Of a stretch of 64,000 bases of DNA, positions 21,941 to 33,260 are shown in pieces. Position 1 is the stretch's first letter, and each line of letters starts with the position of its first letter. Where the stretch lies: positions 1-64,000 of the forward strand of contig JBKJLC010000013.1 of the NCBI GenBank assembly GCA_046597055.1, written 5' to 3'. A model generated the notes under the pieces. The model made no database searches and was not told the origin of the DNA. It was given only the letters and a program-made list of their open reading frames with translations. The translations under genes were made by a program, and so were the position numbers. This DNA is from Kofleriaceae bacterium (GTDB lineage Bacteria; Myxococcota_A; Polyangia; Haliangiales; Haliangiaceae).

Positions 21941-23596
21941 ATGTCGTCGGTAACCTCGAGGAGCCGGTTCGTCGCGGTCTTCCTCATGCTCGAGCTCGTG
22001 GTCGGTGCCGCGCTCTGGTTCGGCCTCGGTGATCGCGGCGCCGCCAGCGCGCAGCCCGCCGCCGCAACCAGCGCCCAGCCGGCCGTCGTGGCGCCCCCGC
22101 CTCCCGCCGCCGGGCCTGCCGCCGCCGACGCGACCGCCGCGCCCAAGGCGCCGGCCGCGTGTCCGCGCAAGAAGTCGAGCCCGCCCCGCGACCTGGCCCA
22201 GGACCTGCTGCCGATCGGCATCCTGATCGCCGTCATCGCGGTGGTCCTGCTGCGCCTGCCCAAGGTCGAGCTCGGCCACAGCAAGGCGTTCAAGCGGCGC
22301 CGGCTGCTCAACTGGCTGCCGCTCGGCCTGACCTACTCGTTCCTGTACATGGGCCGGTACAACATCAAGCAGTTCGAGGGTATCGGGCTGACCGAGATCG
22401 AGTACGGCACCGTGTTCGGCGTCGGCTCGGCGGTCTACGGCCTCGCCTTCCTGCTCAACGGTCCGCTCGCCGATCGCTGGGGCGGGCGGGTGACCATCCT
22501 GCTCGCCGCCGCCGGCTCGGCCGCCGCCAACCTGTGGATGGGCTACATGGCCGCGACCGGCGAGACCATGGGCATGTCGGTGGCGACCGCGTTCACGGTC
22601 GCGTTCGCGACCAACATGTACTTCCAGAGCTTCGGCGCGGTGTCGATCGTCAAGGTCAACGCCGCCTGGTTCCACCTGCGCGAGCGCGGCACCTTCGGCG
22701 GCATCTTCGGCATCCTGATCTCGCTCGGCCTGTACTTCGCCTACGACGTCGGCAAGCGCATCACCGAGGTCTTCCAGATCGAGTGGCTGTTCTACATCCC
22801 GGCGCTGCTGCTGGTGCTGTTCTTCGGGCTGTCGTTCCTGTTCGTGCGCGACAACCCGTCGGACACCGGCCACCCCGACTTCGATCTGGGCGACGCCACC
22901 CGCGAGGGCGAGGTCATCACCGCCAAGCAGGTGTTCATCCGGCTGATCACGCATCCGGTGATCCTGACCGTGGCGCTGATCGAGCTGTGCTCGGGCTTCT
23001 TGCGCCAGGCGATCCTCCAGTGGGGCCCCAACTTCGGCAAGGGCCTCGGCCTCGGCAACACGTTCGTCTTCCAGAACTGGGGCATGGTGTCGTGCATCGC
23101 CGGCATCACCGGCGGCATCTTCGCCGGCGCGATCTCCGACCACATGTTCAACTCGCGGCGGAGCCCGGTGTCGGCGGTGCTCTACGGCATCATGCTCGGC
23201 GGCGCGATCCTGATCGTCCCGCTGTTCGCCGCGCCGGCCGGGATCGGCTGGGTGGTGGCGTTCATGTCGATGGCGATCATCGGCGTGCACGGCATGCTGA
23301 CCGCGACGATGTCGATGGACTTCGCCGGCAAGAAGAACACCGGCATGGCGGTCGGCCTGATCGACGGCTTCGTCTACATCGGCTCGACCATCCAGTCGTT
23401 CCTCTACGGCGCCTACCTGCCGGCCGCCAAGGTCCGCGACCCGGTCACCGACTGCCTGGTGACCAACCCCGAGGCCAGCAAGATCGACAACTGGGCGATC
23501 TGGCCGTACGCGATGATCCCGGTGTCGCTGATCGGCCTCGTGCTCACCCTGCGCATCTGGAACGCGAAGCCGACCCGCGGCGGCGGCGGCCACTGA
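21941..23596 (+). CDS. MFS transporter, GlpT/UhpC (OPA)-like, with N-terminal extension
   Basis: YSFLYMGRYN, GPLADRWGGR, WFHLRERGTFGG, GMAVGLIDGFVYIG. Confidence 0.9.
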   Translation: MSSVTSRSRFVAVFLMLELVVGAALWFGLGDRGAASAQPAAATSAQPAVVAPPPPAAGPAAADATAAPKAPAACPRKKSSPPRDLAQDLLPIGILIAVIAVVLLRLPKVELGHSKAFKRRRLLNWLPLGLTYSFLYMGRYNIKQFEGIGLTEIEYGTVFGVGSAVYGLAFLLNGPLADRWGGRVTILLAAAGSAAANLWMGYMAATGETMGMSVATAFTVAFATNMYFQSFGAVSIVKVNAAWFHLRERGTFGGIFGILISLGLYFAYDVGKRITEVFQIEWLFYIPALLLVLFFGLSFLFVRDNPSDTGHPDFDLGDATREGEVITAKQVFIRLITHPVILTVALIELCSGFLRQAILQWGPNFGKGLGLGNTFVFQNWGMVSCIAGITGGIFAGAISDHMFNSRRSPVSAVLYGIMLGGAILIVPLFAAPAGIGWVVAFMSMAIIGVHGMLTATMSMDFAGKKNTGMAVGLIDGFVYIGSTIQSFLYGAYLPAAKVRDPVTDCLVTNPEASKIDNWAIWPYAMIPVSLIGLVLTLRIWNAKPTRGGGGH

Positions 23597-23620
23597 CCGT
23601 CCGCCGCGCGGGCCCGGTGG

Positions 23621-26600
23621 TCACAGCGGGTTGGGCAACACGAACAGGTGGCGGGTCGTGGGCGGCGCCGTGCTCACAGCGATCAGCGCGAAGTAGCGAC
23701 CATCGCTCGACAGGCTGGGGTGCGAGCTCGCCTGGCCGCTCGGGACCGCGATGGAGTGCGCCCGGTTGGCGAATCGATCCTGGAACCAGATCGTGGTGCC
23801 TCCCTGGGTCGTGAGATAGCGGCCATCGGCCGACAGGCTCAGGGTCGTGCAGTACTCGGCATTGGCCATGGTCGTCGTGATGGCTTGGCGATCGCGAACA
23901 TACGCCCGCGAGAAGACATCGGTCGTCCCCGGCGCGAAGGTGGTGGCCTCCGACAGGAACCCGACGAAGCGGCCATCGTCGGACAGCACCGGGAACTGGC
24001 TCTCCTGGTCCGACTCGGTGCCGGTCGAGCCCACGCTCACGCGCTCGGTGACACCGGTGCTGCGCTGGTGGATGAACACGTCGGAGCGAACGTTGCCATC
24101 GCCCGCCACCAGGTTGGACGCCGGCGAGGCAAAGGCGACGAAGCGACCGTCGCCGCTGATCGCCGCATGGCTGGAGCCCTGGTCGGCCTCGCCACCGCCG
24201 GTCCGGACGCTGACCCGGGTGGTGACCCCGGCCTCGAGATCGCGCACGAAGACGTCGGCGGCGCCGTTCGCGTCATTGGCGACCAGTTGGAAGCCGGTCG
24301 AGACGAACACGACCACCTGGCCATTGGCCGAGAGGTCCGGATCCCGACTGTCACCCGTGACCTGGGCGCCGCCCGGGCCGACGCTGGCGCGGACGGTGGT
24401 GCCGGTCACGCGGTCGTGGACGAAGACATCGACGGCGCCATTGGTGTCGCCCGGGACCAGGCTGCTGGCCGCCGAGGCGAACGCGACGTAGCGACCATCG
24501 GCCGAGATCCGTGGCCGCTCGCTGGCGGCGTCGGCCTGGACGCCGGCGCTCGACACGCTGACCCGATCGAAGCTGCCGTCGACCCGGTCATAGACGAACA
24601 CGTCCTCGAGGTTGTTGGTGTCCCCGGGCGTCAGCGCGGCGGCCGACAGGAGCGTCAGGTAGCGACCATCCGCCGACAGATCCTGCTGCACGCCGCTGCC
24701 GCGGAGCCCGGTGGCTGCGGCGATCCGCTCGACAGGCACGCCCGCGGGAAACAGATCGAGGCCGACTCGCACCACGCCGGTCGACGTCGCGCCGGTGGCA
24801 TCCCGCACCGTGTACGAGAACCGATCGGTGCCGGTGAACCCGGCCGCCGGCGTGAAGACGACGTCGTCGCCGCTGATCACGATCGAGCCATGGTCGGGCG
24901 CGGTCGCGCCGTCGAGGGTCATCACGTCGCCATCGACGTCGACGTCGTTGCCGAGGACCTCGATGGTCAGCGGCCGGCCGGCGGTCGCGACCGCGGCGTC
25001 GTCGCGCACGGTCGGAGGGTCGTTGATGGAGGAGACGTTGATCGTGACGGTCGCCGGCACACTTGCCAGGGCCCCCTCGGCGGCCTGGAACTGGAAGCCG
25101 TCCATGCCGTGGTAGTCGCGGTTGGGCGTGTAGCGGTACCGGCCGGCGCCCAGCGAGACCAGCGCGCCGCGGGTGGGGGCGGTGGTGGTCGCGAAGGTCA
25201 GCGCGGCCCCTTCGACGTCATGCCCGGCCAGATCGATGATCACCGGTTCGTCCTCGCGCGTGGCCACGATCGCGGCGGTCGCGGTCGGCGGGTCGTTGAC
25301 CGCCGCGACCTGGAGCCAGACCGTCTGCGGCGCCGTGGCCTGGCGACCATCGCTGACGGTGAACGTGAAGCTGTCGGTTCCGTTGAAGTTGGCGGCGCCG
25401 AGGTAGGTCAGCGCCGGCGCGGTCCCGGTCAGGGTGCCGCGGGTCGGGCCGGTGATCGTGAAGGTGAGCGGATCGCCATCGTCATCACGGGCGGCGAGAA
25501 TCACCGCGCGCGACACGTCCTCGCTGGCCGCGACCGTCTGGCCGGTCGCGATCGGCGCGTCCTCGACCGAGGCGACCGTGACCGCCACCGTCGCCGGCGC
25601 CGACGTCAGCGTGCCGTCCGAGACGGTGAAGGTGAAGGCGTCGACACCGTGAAGGTTGGCCGTCGGCAGGTAGCTGTGGTTGCCGCCTGACGAGGGCGCC
25701 ACGGTGCCGCGGGTCGGGTGGGTCGCGATCGCGAAGGTCAGCCGGTCGCCGTCGACGTCGGCCCCGCCCAGGGAGATCCAGGTCCTGATGTCCTCGGTGG
25801 CCGCCAGCGCCCCCGGGGTCGCCACCGGCGCGTCGTTGACCGGGGTGATGGTCACGCTGACCGTGGCCGGCGCCGAGGTCGCCAGCTGGTCACTGGCGCT
25901 GAACCGGAAGCTGTCGGGGCCGTGATAGTTGGCGGCCGGCGTGTAGGTCAGGTCAGGCGCGGTCCCGGTCAGGGTGCCGTGCGCGGGCGGGGTGGTCACC
26001 ACGTAGGTGAGCCCGACGCCGACGCTCGATCCCGCGACCGCCCGCACCGTCACCGCCACCGGCACGTCCTCTGCGGTGGTCGCGGTGGCGGCCTGGGCCA
26101 CCGGGGGCTGACCGACCCCGACCGTGATCGCCAGCGTCGCCGGCGCCGAGGTCAGCTGACCGTCGCGGGCGACGAAGGTCACCGCGTCCTCACCGACGTA
26201 GTTGGCAGCGGGGGTGTAGGTGGGGAACGGACCGTCCCCGGTGAGCGTGCCGTGGGCCGGGCCGTTGGTGACCTCGAACGTCAGCACGTCGCCGTCGACG
26301 TCGGTGCCGGCCAGTTCCACCGCCACCGTGGCGTTGCGCGCGGCGGTGGCAGCCCGGGCCACCGCCACCGGGGCATCGTTGACCGGCCGCACCGTCACGA
26401 TCGCGCTGCTCCGGGCGCGGCGGAGGCCATCGCTGATCCGGTACTCGATCAGGAGGTCGCCGTGGAAGTCCGGGGCGGGCGTCAGCCGCGCCTTGCCGTC
26501 CTCGATCACGACCTGGTGGTCTCCGGAGGCGGTCACCGACCGCAGGTCGAGAACGTCGCCCTCGGGGTCGGAGTCGTTGGCGAGCAGGTCGATCAGGATC

Positions 26601-26722
26601 GAGACGTCCTCGTCGGTGGTCGCCACGTCGTCGACCGCCACCGGGTACTGGTTCTCGGGGGCATCCCCGGAGCAGCCGGCGACGGTCGCGGCGAGAAGGA
26701 GGGCAGGAAGCGTGCTGCGCAT
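23621..26722 (-). CDS. large lipoprotein with tandem Ig-like (tandem-95/Big_9-type) repeats and a TolB-like propeller
   Basis: Lipobox VAGC; ~95-aa repeats VNDAPVA..EDxxV..DVDGD..YTP..G.DSF; ISADGRYVAF..DTNG..DVFV repeats. Confidence 0.9.
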   Translation of the reverse strand: MRSTLPALLLAATVAGCSGDAPENQYPVAVDDVATTDEDVSILIDLLANDSDPEGDVLDLRSVTASGDHQVVIEDGKARLTPAPDFHGDLLIEYRISDGLRRARSSAIVTVRPVNDAPVAVARAATAARNATVAVELAGTDVDGDVLTFEVTNGPAHGTLTGDGPFPTYTPAANYVGEDAVTFVARDGQLTSAPATLAITVGVGQPPVAQAATATTAEDVPVAVTVRAVAGSSVGVGLTYVVTTPPAHGTLTGTAPDLTYTPAANYHGPDSFRFSASDQLATSAPATVSVTITPVNDAPVATPGALAATEDIRTWISLGGADVDGDRLTFAIATHPTRGTVAPSSGGNHSYLPTANLHGVDAFTFTVSDGTLTSAPATVAVTVASVEDAPIATGQTVAASEDVSRAVILAARDDDGDPLTFTITGPTRGTLTGTAPALTYLGAANFNGTDSFTFTVSDGRQATAPQTVWLQVAAVNDPPTATAAIVATREDEPVIIDLAGHDVEGAALTFATTTAPTRGALVSLGAGRYRYTPNRDYHGMDGFQFQAAEGALASVPATVTINVSSINDPPTVRDDAAVATAGRPLTIEVLGNDVDVDGDVMTLDGATAPDHGSIVISGDDVVFTPAAGFTGTDRFSYTVRDATGATSTGVVRVGLDLFPAGVPVERIAAATGLRGSGVQQDLSADGRYLTLLSAAALTPGDTNNLEDVFVYDRVDGSFDRVSVSSAGVQADAASERPRISADGRYVAFASAASSLVPGDTNGAVDVFVHDRVTGTTVRASVGPGGAQVTGDSRDPDLSANGQVVVFVSTGFQLVANDANGAADVFVRDLEAGVTTRVSVRTGGGEADQGSSHAAISGDGRFVAFASPASNLVAGDGNVRSDVFIHQRSTGVTERVSVGSTGTESDQESQFPVLSDDGRFVGFLSEATTFAPGTTDVFSRAYVRDRQAITTTMANAEYCTTLSLSADGRYLTTQGGTTIWFQDRFANRAHSIAVPSGQASSHPSLSSDGRYFALIAVSTAPPTTRHLFVLPNPL

Positions 26723-26910
26723 GTGACGCCGTAACCCACGCGTACCCGACCGTGCGCAGGCAAAGATCCATGTGCCCGGCGTTGCCGCTCTTTGATCGGG
26801 AAGGCCGCCGCGGGCCCGCGGGCGCCGCCATCGTGATCGAGCCAGCGGCCGGGCGGCCGGACGGCTTTTGGGATGCGGCGGCCGCGCCCAGTGGGTATGG
26901 TCCGCGCCCC

Positions 26911-27468
26911 ATGCTCCCCGGTGCTCTCGGTAAGCTTCTCCCCGACCTCGATGGCAGCCGCAACGTCCTGCGCGACGCGTGGAACCTGCTGGCGGGCCTG
27001 CCCGGCGGCAAGATCCTGTTCTCGCGCCTGGTCGGTCGCATGGCGCCGTACACCGGGACCATCAACGCGCGGGTGATCACGCTCCGCCCTGGCTACTGCC
27101 AGGTCGAGCTCGAGGACCGCAAGGCCGTCCGCAACCACCTGTCGTCCATCCACGCGGTGGCCCTGGTCAACCTGGCCGAGCTGGCCGGCAACGCCGCCCT
27201 CGCCTACGCGCTCCCCGACGATGCCCGCTTCATCGTCGCCGGCCTGTCGATCGAGTACCTCAAGAAGGCGCGCGGCACGATCACCGCGACCAGCGAGTGC
27301 CCGGTCCCGACCTCGAGCGAGCGGATCGAGTACGAGGTCCCGGTGGTCATGACCGACGCCGCCGGCGAGGTGGTGGCGCGCGCGACCCTGCGCAGCCTGG
27401 TCGGGCCCAAGGGTGCCAAGGGCGTGGCCCGGCCCAAGAAGAAGGACCGGTCGCAGCACCTCAACTGA
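26911..27468 (+). CDS. hotdog-fold thioesterase (DUF4442/PaaI-like)
   Basis: APYTGTI, NHLSSIHAVAL.NLAE, YLKKARG. Confidence 0.88.
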   Translation: MLPGALGKLLPDLDGSRNVLRDAWNLLAGLPGGKILFSRLVGRMAPYTGTINARVITLRPGYCQVELEDRKAVRNHLSSIHAVALVNLAELAGNAALAYALPDDARFIVAGLSIEYLKKARGTITATSECPVPTSSERIEYEVPVVMTDAAGEVVARATLRSLVGPKGAKGVARPKKKDRSQHLN

Positions 27469-27509
27469 ACCGGAATACCGACCGGGTCCGCCGCGTCTAC
27501 CGAGGTCGT

Positions 27510-28681
<1,172 letters not shown>

Positions 28682-28682
<1 letters not shown>

Positions 28683-29512
28683 TGAGGGTCGCCGCCGCCG
28701 GTCGGCTCGGGATCGGCGCGCTGGTCGCGCTGGCCGGGCTGGTCGCGCTCGCGCTCGCGCCGGTCGCGGACGCGGTCGCGGACAAGGCGGCCCGGCCGGC
28801 CGGTCGCCTCGACAAGGTCGAGGACACCGTCGCCGGTGGCGTGCACTGGCGGGTCAAGACCGACGCCGGCGCGATGCACGTGTGGGTGCCGCCCGGCTAC
28901 GACCGCGCCACCGCAGGCACCGTCGTCTACGTGCACGGCTATCACACCGACGCCGACGGCGCGTGGAAGCGCTACCGGCTGGCCCGGCAGTTCAAGGCCA
29001 GCGGTCAGAACGCGATCTTCATCGTCCCCGACGCGCCGAGCAGCAACCGCGAGCAGGTCAAGTGGCCGGCGCTGACCGATCTGCGCCGCGCGGTCGCCCG
29101 CGCCAACATCAAGCTGCCCGACGGCCCGACGATCGTCATGGGCCACTCGGGCGCGTTCCGCACCGTCATGCAGTGGGTCGATCACAAGGCGGTCGCGCAG
29201 GTGATCCTGCTCGACGCGCTCTACGGCGGCCAGCGCGCCTTCGACGAGTTCATCGGCACCGGCAAGCGCGCCCAGCACCACAAGCTGATCGTGGTCGGGG
29301 CTGATACCGCCGAGGGTTCGGTCGCCTTTGCGAAGAAGTATCCATTCGCGGTCGTGCGCGATCGGATGCCAGCGTCGTCGGGCGATTTCAAGAGCCGCGA
29401 GAAGTCGGCCAAGCTGCTCTATATCAAGTCGCAGTACGGCCACATGCAGATCGTCACCGGCGGCGCGGTGATCCCGATGCTGCTGCGGCTCACCCCGCTC
29501 AAGCGGCGCTGA
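28682..29512 (+). CDS. exported alpha/beta hydrolase
   Basis: Signal peptide, YVHG, GHSGA nucleophile elbow, LLDALYG, C-terminal His; TGATG coupling. Confidence 0.8.
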
Positions 29513-29645
29513 CCCGGGGCTGCGGTCGGGTGTGGGCGCGGCGCGCAGCCGCGCCTACCCGCCGCGCTGATTCCACGCGCCGGTCGCGATTGTTGACGCG
29601 CCCACGCAGCGATGCGGGAATCATGAGGTGACCAAGGGAGGTCAC

Positions 29646-31985
29646 ATGGCTCGTCTCGTCTCGATCGTGGTGCTCGCCGTCGCGCTGGTCACCGGTGCCG
29701 CGCGCCCGGCGCGGGCCGCACCGCAGGCCTTTCCATCGGGATCGCTGATCATCCCGATGGACGAGGCCTACCAGGACCGCGGCATGCTGCAGGCCTACGG
29801 GCTGCTGTTCCAGCTGCTGCGCCAGGGCGTGCCGGTGCAGTGGGTGATCGACGCCGACAAGACCTGGCATGCGGCGCCGTGCAACAGCGCCGCCGATCCG
29901 TGCCCGTGGGACTGCGCGATCGAGGGCTCGGGCGTGAAGTGTCCGTACCCGACCGCCAGCCCCGACTTCTTCGTCGCCGCGGTCGTGCGCTGGGACAGCG
30001 CCGGCGGCGCGCCCGGCGCCGTGATCGCGAACCACGGCTATCGCGGCGGGCCGTTCGTGATCGACGCCGCCCACCGCGCGGCGGCGATGGCGATCATCGA
30101 CATCTGGAACACGCCGGCGCGCTGGGCCGCCAACCCGTGGGCGCAGCGCGCGGTCTCGAACCTGGTCTCGGTCCACGAGACCACCGCCGCGTTCACCGGC
30201 AACGTCAGCCGACCGCTGGTCGCCGCGCCGACGATCGCGGTGTTCTCCGACGGTCACGAGGACATCGCGACCGGCTACCTGCGCGCGGCCGGCATCAAGC
30301 AGTCGACCGGCGTCGAGTTCCCGGCCGGGCGCTGCGGGGCCGGCACCTGCGGGCCCGGCACCGCCAACCCGGACATGCTGACGGTCCCGAGCGTCGCCGG
30401 TGACATGGGCACCTGCGGCAGCCCCAGCAGCGACCACCAGAACGGCGCGCTGTTCACCGCCGACGGCTTGCCGGCGTACTGCCAGATCATGTCGATGCAC
30501 TGGAACGTCGCCGATCGCGAGTCGGTCAAGTGCGGCGGCGGGGCGTGCCCGGCCACCCAGGCCCAGTGTCCGGCGGCGACGCCGATCACCTATCACGGTC
30601 ACGAGGTGGTCGCGGAGGTCCGCTCGTTCCTCGGCTATCCGGTGCACTTCTTCGCCGAGTGCCAGGCGGTCAACGCGTACGAGAACACCACGCCCAACCC
30701 GGCCTGGCCGTTCCTCGACGATGCCGGGCGCGATGGCCACTTCCTCACCACCGAGGGCATGCCGCCGGCGTGTCCGTGCACCGAGGCCGGCTTCACCTGC
30801 GTCGCCGGGGGCTGCAACGGGATGAGCTGTTGCCTGCCGAGCGACCTGCGCGAGCGCGGCGCCGGCTTCCTGATCGCGCCGCGCCCGACGGAGTATCGGG
30901 TGTTCCACCCCGAGGCGCCGTACAACCAGCTCGATGGCCAGTTCGCGCCGGTCGGCGGCAGCGAGCCGGCCTACAACCTCAGCACCTATCTCGGCACCCG
31001 CTACAAGAACGACCGGCAGGTCACGCTGCTGAGCGGGCCGAACGGGCCCGGCATCGAGGACGTGTGGATGACCGGGTACCTCGACGGGACCTGCGACATC
31101 ACCGAGCCGCCGATCCCGCTGCAGGCGCCGACCGGCGCGTCGGCGCGCGCGCCGGCGGCCGAGCCGGCGTGCGGCGGCAAGATCAGCTATCTCGGCGGCC
31201 ACGCGTTCTCGACCAACCTGCCGATGTCGAGCAACCACGGCAGCCAGGGCGCCCGCCTGTTCCTCAACGCGCTGTTCGAGGCCGACTGCGTCACCACCGT
31301 CGGTCAACCCGGGCTCACGCTCGCGCTCGATGGACCGCTGGCGGTCGGCGCCGCGACCCTGCCGGTCGAGGTCAGCTACGGCGCGCGCTACGAGAACGCC
31401 GGCGTGGGCGCCGCGCTGGCCGTCGTGCTGCGCGAGCAGGTCGGCCCCGGGGTCACCATCGTCAGCGCGACCGGGGCCACCATCGCCGGCGACACCGCCA
31501 GCTGGGCGGTCGGCTCGGTCAGCGGCCTGCCGCAGCGCGCGGGTGATCCGCCGGCCAGCGGCAGCCGGCCGTCGACCCTGCGGTTCGCCGCCTACGGCGA
31601 CTACACCGTGACGCTCGACCTCGCCTACCAGGTCGGCGCGTCGGCCCGCGTGGTGACGCCGGTGACGGTCACCATCCACGTCGCCCCCGACGGCGATGGC
31701 GACGGGGTCCCCGACGACAGCGATCCGTTCCCGACCGATCCGCAGCGGTGCGGCGACAGCGACGCCGACACCTGCGACGACTGCACCAGCGGCGCCCGCG
31801 ACCCGCGCGACGATGGCCCCGACGCCGACGCCGATGGCGTGTGCGACGCCGGCGAGGACGGTGGCCCCGCCGCCACCGGTGACGGCGACGGTGGCTGCTG
31901 TGGGGTCGGTGGCCGCGCCGGCGGCCCGGTCGCGCTCGGCCTGCTGGTGCTGGTCGGCCTCGGCCGGCGCCGGCGCCGCGGCTGA
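29646..31985 (+). CDS. Cys-rich surface protein with MYXO-CTERM-like sorting tail
   Basis: Sec signal, TSP3-like DGDGDG..D..P repeats, GGCCG..hydrophobic..RRRRR; GGAGG RBS. Confidence 0.85.
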   Translation: MARLVSIVVLAVALVTGAARPARAAPQAFPSGSLIIPMDEAYQDRGMLQAYGLLFQLLRQGVPVQWVIDADKTWHAAPCNSAADPCPWDCAIEGSGVKCPYPTASPDFFVAAVVRWDSAGGAPGAVIANHGYRGGPFVIDAAHRAAAMAIIDIWNTPARWAANPWAQRAVSNLVSVHETTAAFTGNVSRPLVAAPTIAVFSDGHEDIATGYLRAAGIKQSTGVEFPAGRCGAGTCGPGTANPDMLTVPSVAGDMGTCGSPSSDHQNGALFTADGLPAYCQIMSMHWNVADRESVKCGGGACPATQAQCPAATPITYHGHEVVAEVRSFLGYPVHFFAECQAVNAYENTTPNPAWPFLDDAGRDGHFLTTEGMPPACPCTEAGFTCVAGGCNGMSCCLPSDLRERGAGFLIAPRPTEYRVFHPEAPYNQLDGQFAPVGGSEPAYNLSTYLGTRYKNDRQVTLLSGPNGPGIEDVWMTGYLDGTCDITEPPIPLQAPTGASARAPAAEPACGGKISYLGGHAFSTNLPMSSNHGSQGARLFLNALFEADCVTTVGQPGLTLALDGPLAVGAATLPVEVSYGARYENAGVGAALAVVLREQVGPGVTIVSATGATIAGDTASWAVGSVSGLPQRAGDPPASGSRPSTLRFAAYGDYTVTLDLAYQVGASARVVTPVTVTIHVAPDGDGDGVPDDSDPFPTDPQRCGDSDADTCDDCTSGARDPRDDGPDADADGVCDAGEDGGPAATGDGDGGCCGVGGRAGGPVALGLLVLVGLGRRRRRG

Positions 31986-31995
31986 AGCTCTCTCG

Positions 31996-32220
31996 TCAGG
32001 TCCCGGCGCGGTACGCGGCCCACTGCGCGCGCGCGCGGACCTGCTGCCCCGCCGTGAAGTGATCCATGCAGTCGTCGGCGGTGTAGTCCATGAAGTTGTG
32101 GATCGGGTCGGTGCCGCCGCCCGGGCAGCTGTCGCGGGCGACGCAGTCGTACTGCGGCGACGCCTCGGGCGCGGTGTCGGCGACCGAGGCGCCCGGCTCG
32201 TTGCAGCCACCCTGGAAGGT
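31996..32220 (-). pseudogene. 3' remnant of M43 (pappalysin-like) zinc metalloprotease
   Basis: TFQGGC..VADT..C...[23 protein letters not shown]; the upstream HExxHxxGxxH motif is missing. Confidence 0.82.
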
Positions 32221-32360
32221 CGCGACCGGGTGTCCACCGGGCGAGCCACCGATTCGCGAACGGTGCGAACGTGGGCGCCGGGCCACTCCCGCGCCGGCGG
32301 TGCGCAGCCGGGCCGGCCCGCGCGGCCACGACCGTCGAGGACCGGTGGTACCATCGGCGC

Positions 32361-33257
32361 GTGACCTGCGTCGTCCTGGCGGTGCCTGGTAGCGAAGCGG
32401 CCGCGGAGCGGCTGCGCGTGCGGCTCGGCGCCGAGGCGGCGGTCGCGCTGGTGCGCCACTTCCCCGACGGGGAGGTCTACGTGCGGATCGACTCGCCGAT
32501 CGCGGGCAAGGAGGTGGTGCTGGTGTGCGGGCTCGACCAGCCGCAGGCCAAGCTGCTGCCGCTCCTGTTCCTGGCCGGCACCGCCAAGGATCTCGGCGCG
32601 CGCCGGGTCGGGCTGGTCGCGCCGTACCTGTCGTTCATGCGCCAGGACTCGCGGTTCCACCCCGGCGAGGGCATCACCTCGACCTACTTCGCGCGCCTGG
32701 TCTCGGGCGCGGTCGACTGGCTGGTCACGGTCGATCCCCACCTCCACCGGTGGTCGTCGCTCGACGCCATCTACCAGATCCCGACCGAGGTCGTGCACGC
32801 GGCCCCGGCGATCGCGAGCTGGGTGCGCGAGCACGTGCCGGACCCGCTGCTGATCGGCCCCGACGCCGAGAGCGAGCAGTGGGTGGGCGCGGTCGCCGAG
32901 CGCATCGGCGCGCCCTACCTGATCCTCGAGAAGACCCGGCGCGGCGATCGCGACGTGTCGGTGACGGCGCCCGACCTCGAGGGCCACCGCGACCGCACGC
33001 CGGTGCTGGTCGACGACATCGTGTCGACCGGGCGCACGATGATCGAGACCCTGAACCACCTCGCCGGCACCGGCATGCGCGAGCCGATCTGCGTCGCGAT
33101 CCACGGCGTGTTCGCCGATCGTGCCCACGACGACCTGCTCGCGGCCGGCGCGGCGCGGGTGGTCACCTGCAACACGATCGTGCATCCGTCGAACCGGATC
33201 TGCGTCGCCGACGCGCTGACGTCCGGCGTGCGGACCAAGCTCGGCCTCGACGCCTGA
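32361..33257 (+). CDS. prs: ribose-phosphate pyrophosphokinase
   Basis: [37 protein letters not shown]. Confidence 0.95.
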   Translation: MTCVVLAVPGSEAAAERLRVRLGAEAAVALVRHFPDGEVYVRIDSPIAGKEVVLVCGLDQPQAKLLPLLFLAGTAKDLGARRVGLVAPYLSFMRQDSRFHPGEGITSTYFARLVSGAVDWLVTVDPHLHRWSSLDAIYQIPTEVVHAAPAIASWVREHVPDPLLIGPDAESEQWVGAVAERIGAPYLILEKTRRGDRDVSVTAPDLEGHRDRTPVLVDDIVSTGRTMIETLNHLAGTGMREPICVAIHGVFADRAHDDLLAAGAARVVTCNTIVHPSNRICVADALTSGVRTKLGLDA

Positions 33258-33260
33258 GCC

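Noticed and set aside
23621..26722. Internal DNA repeats
   Set aside because: Explained by Ig-like and propeller protein repeats.
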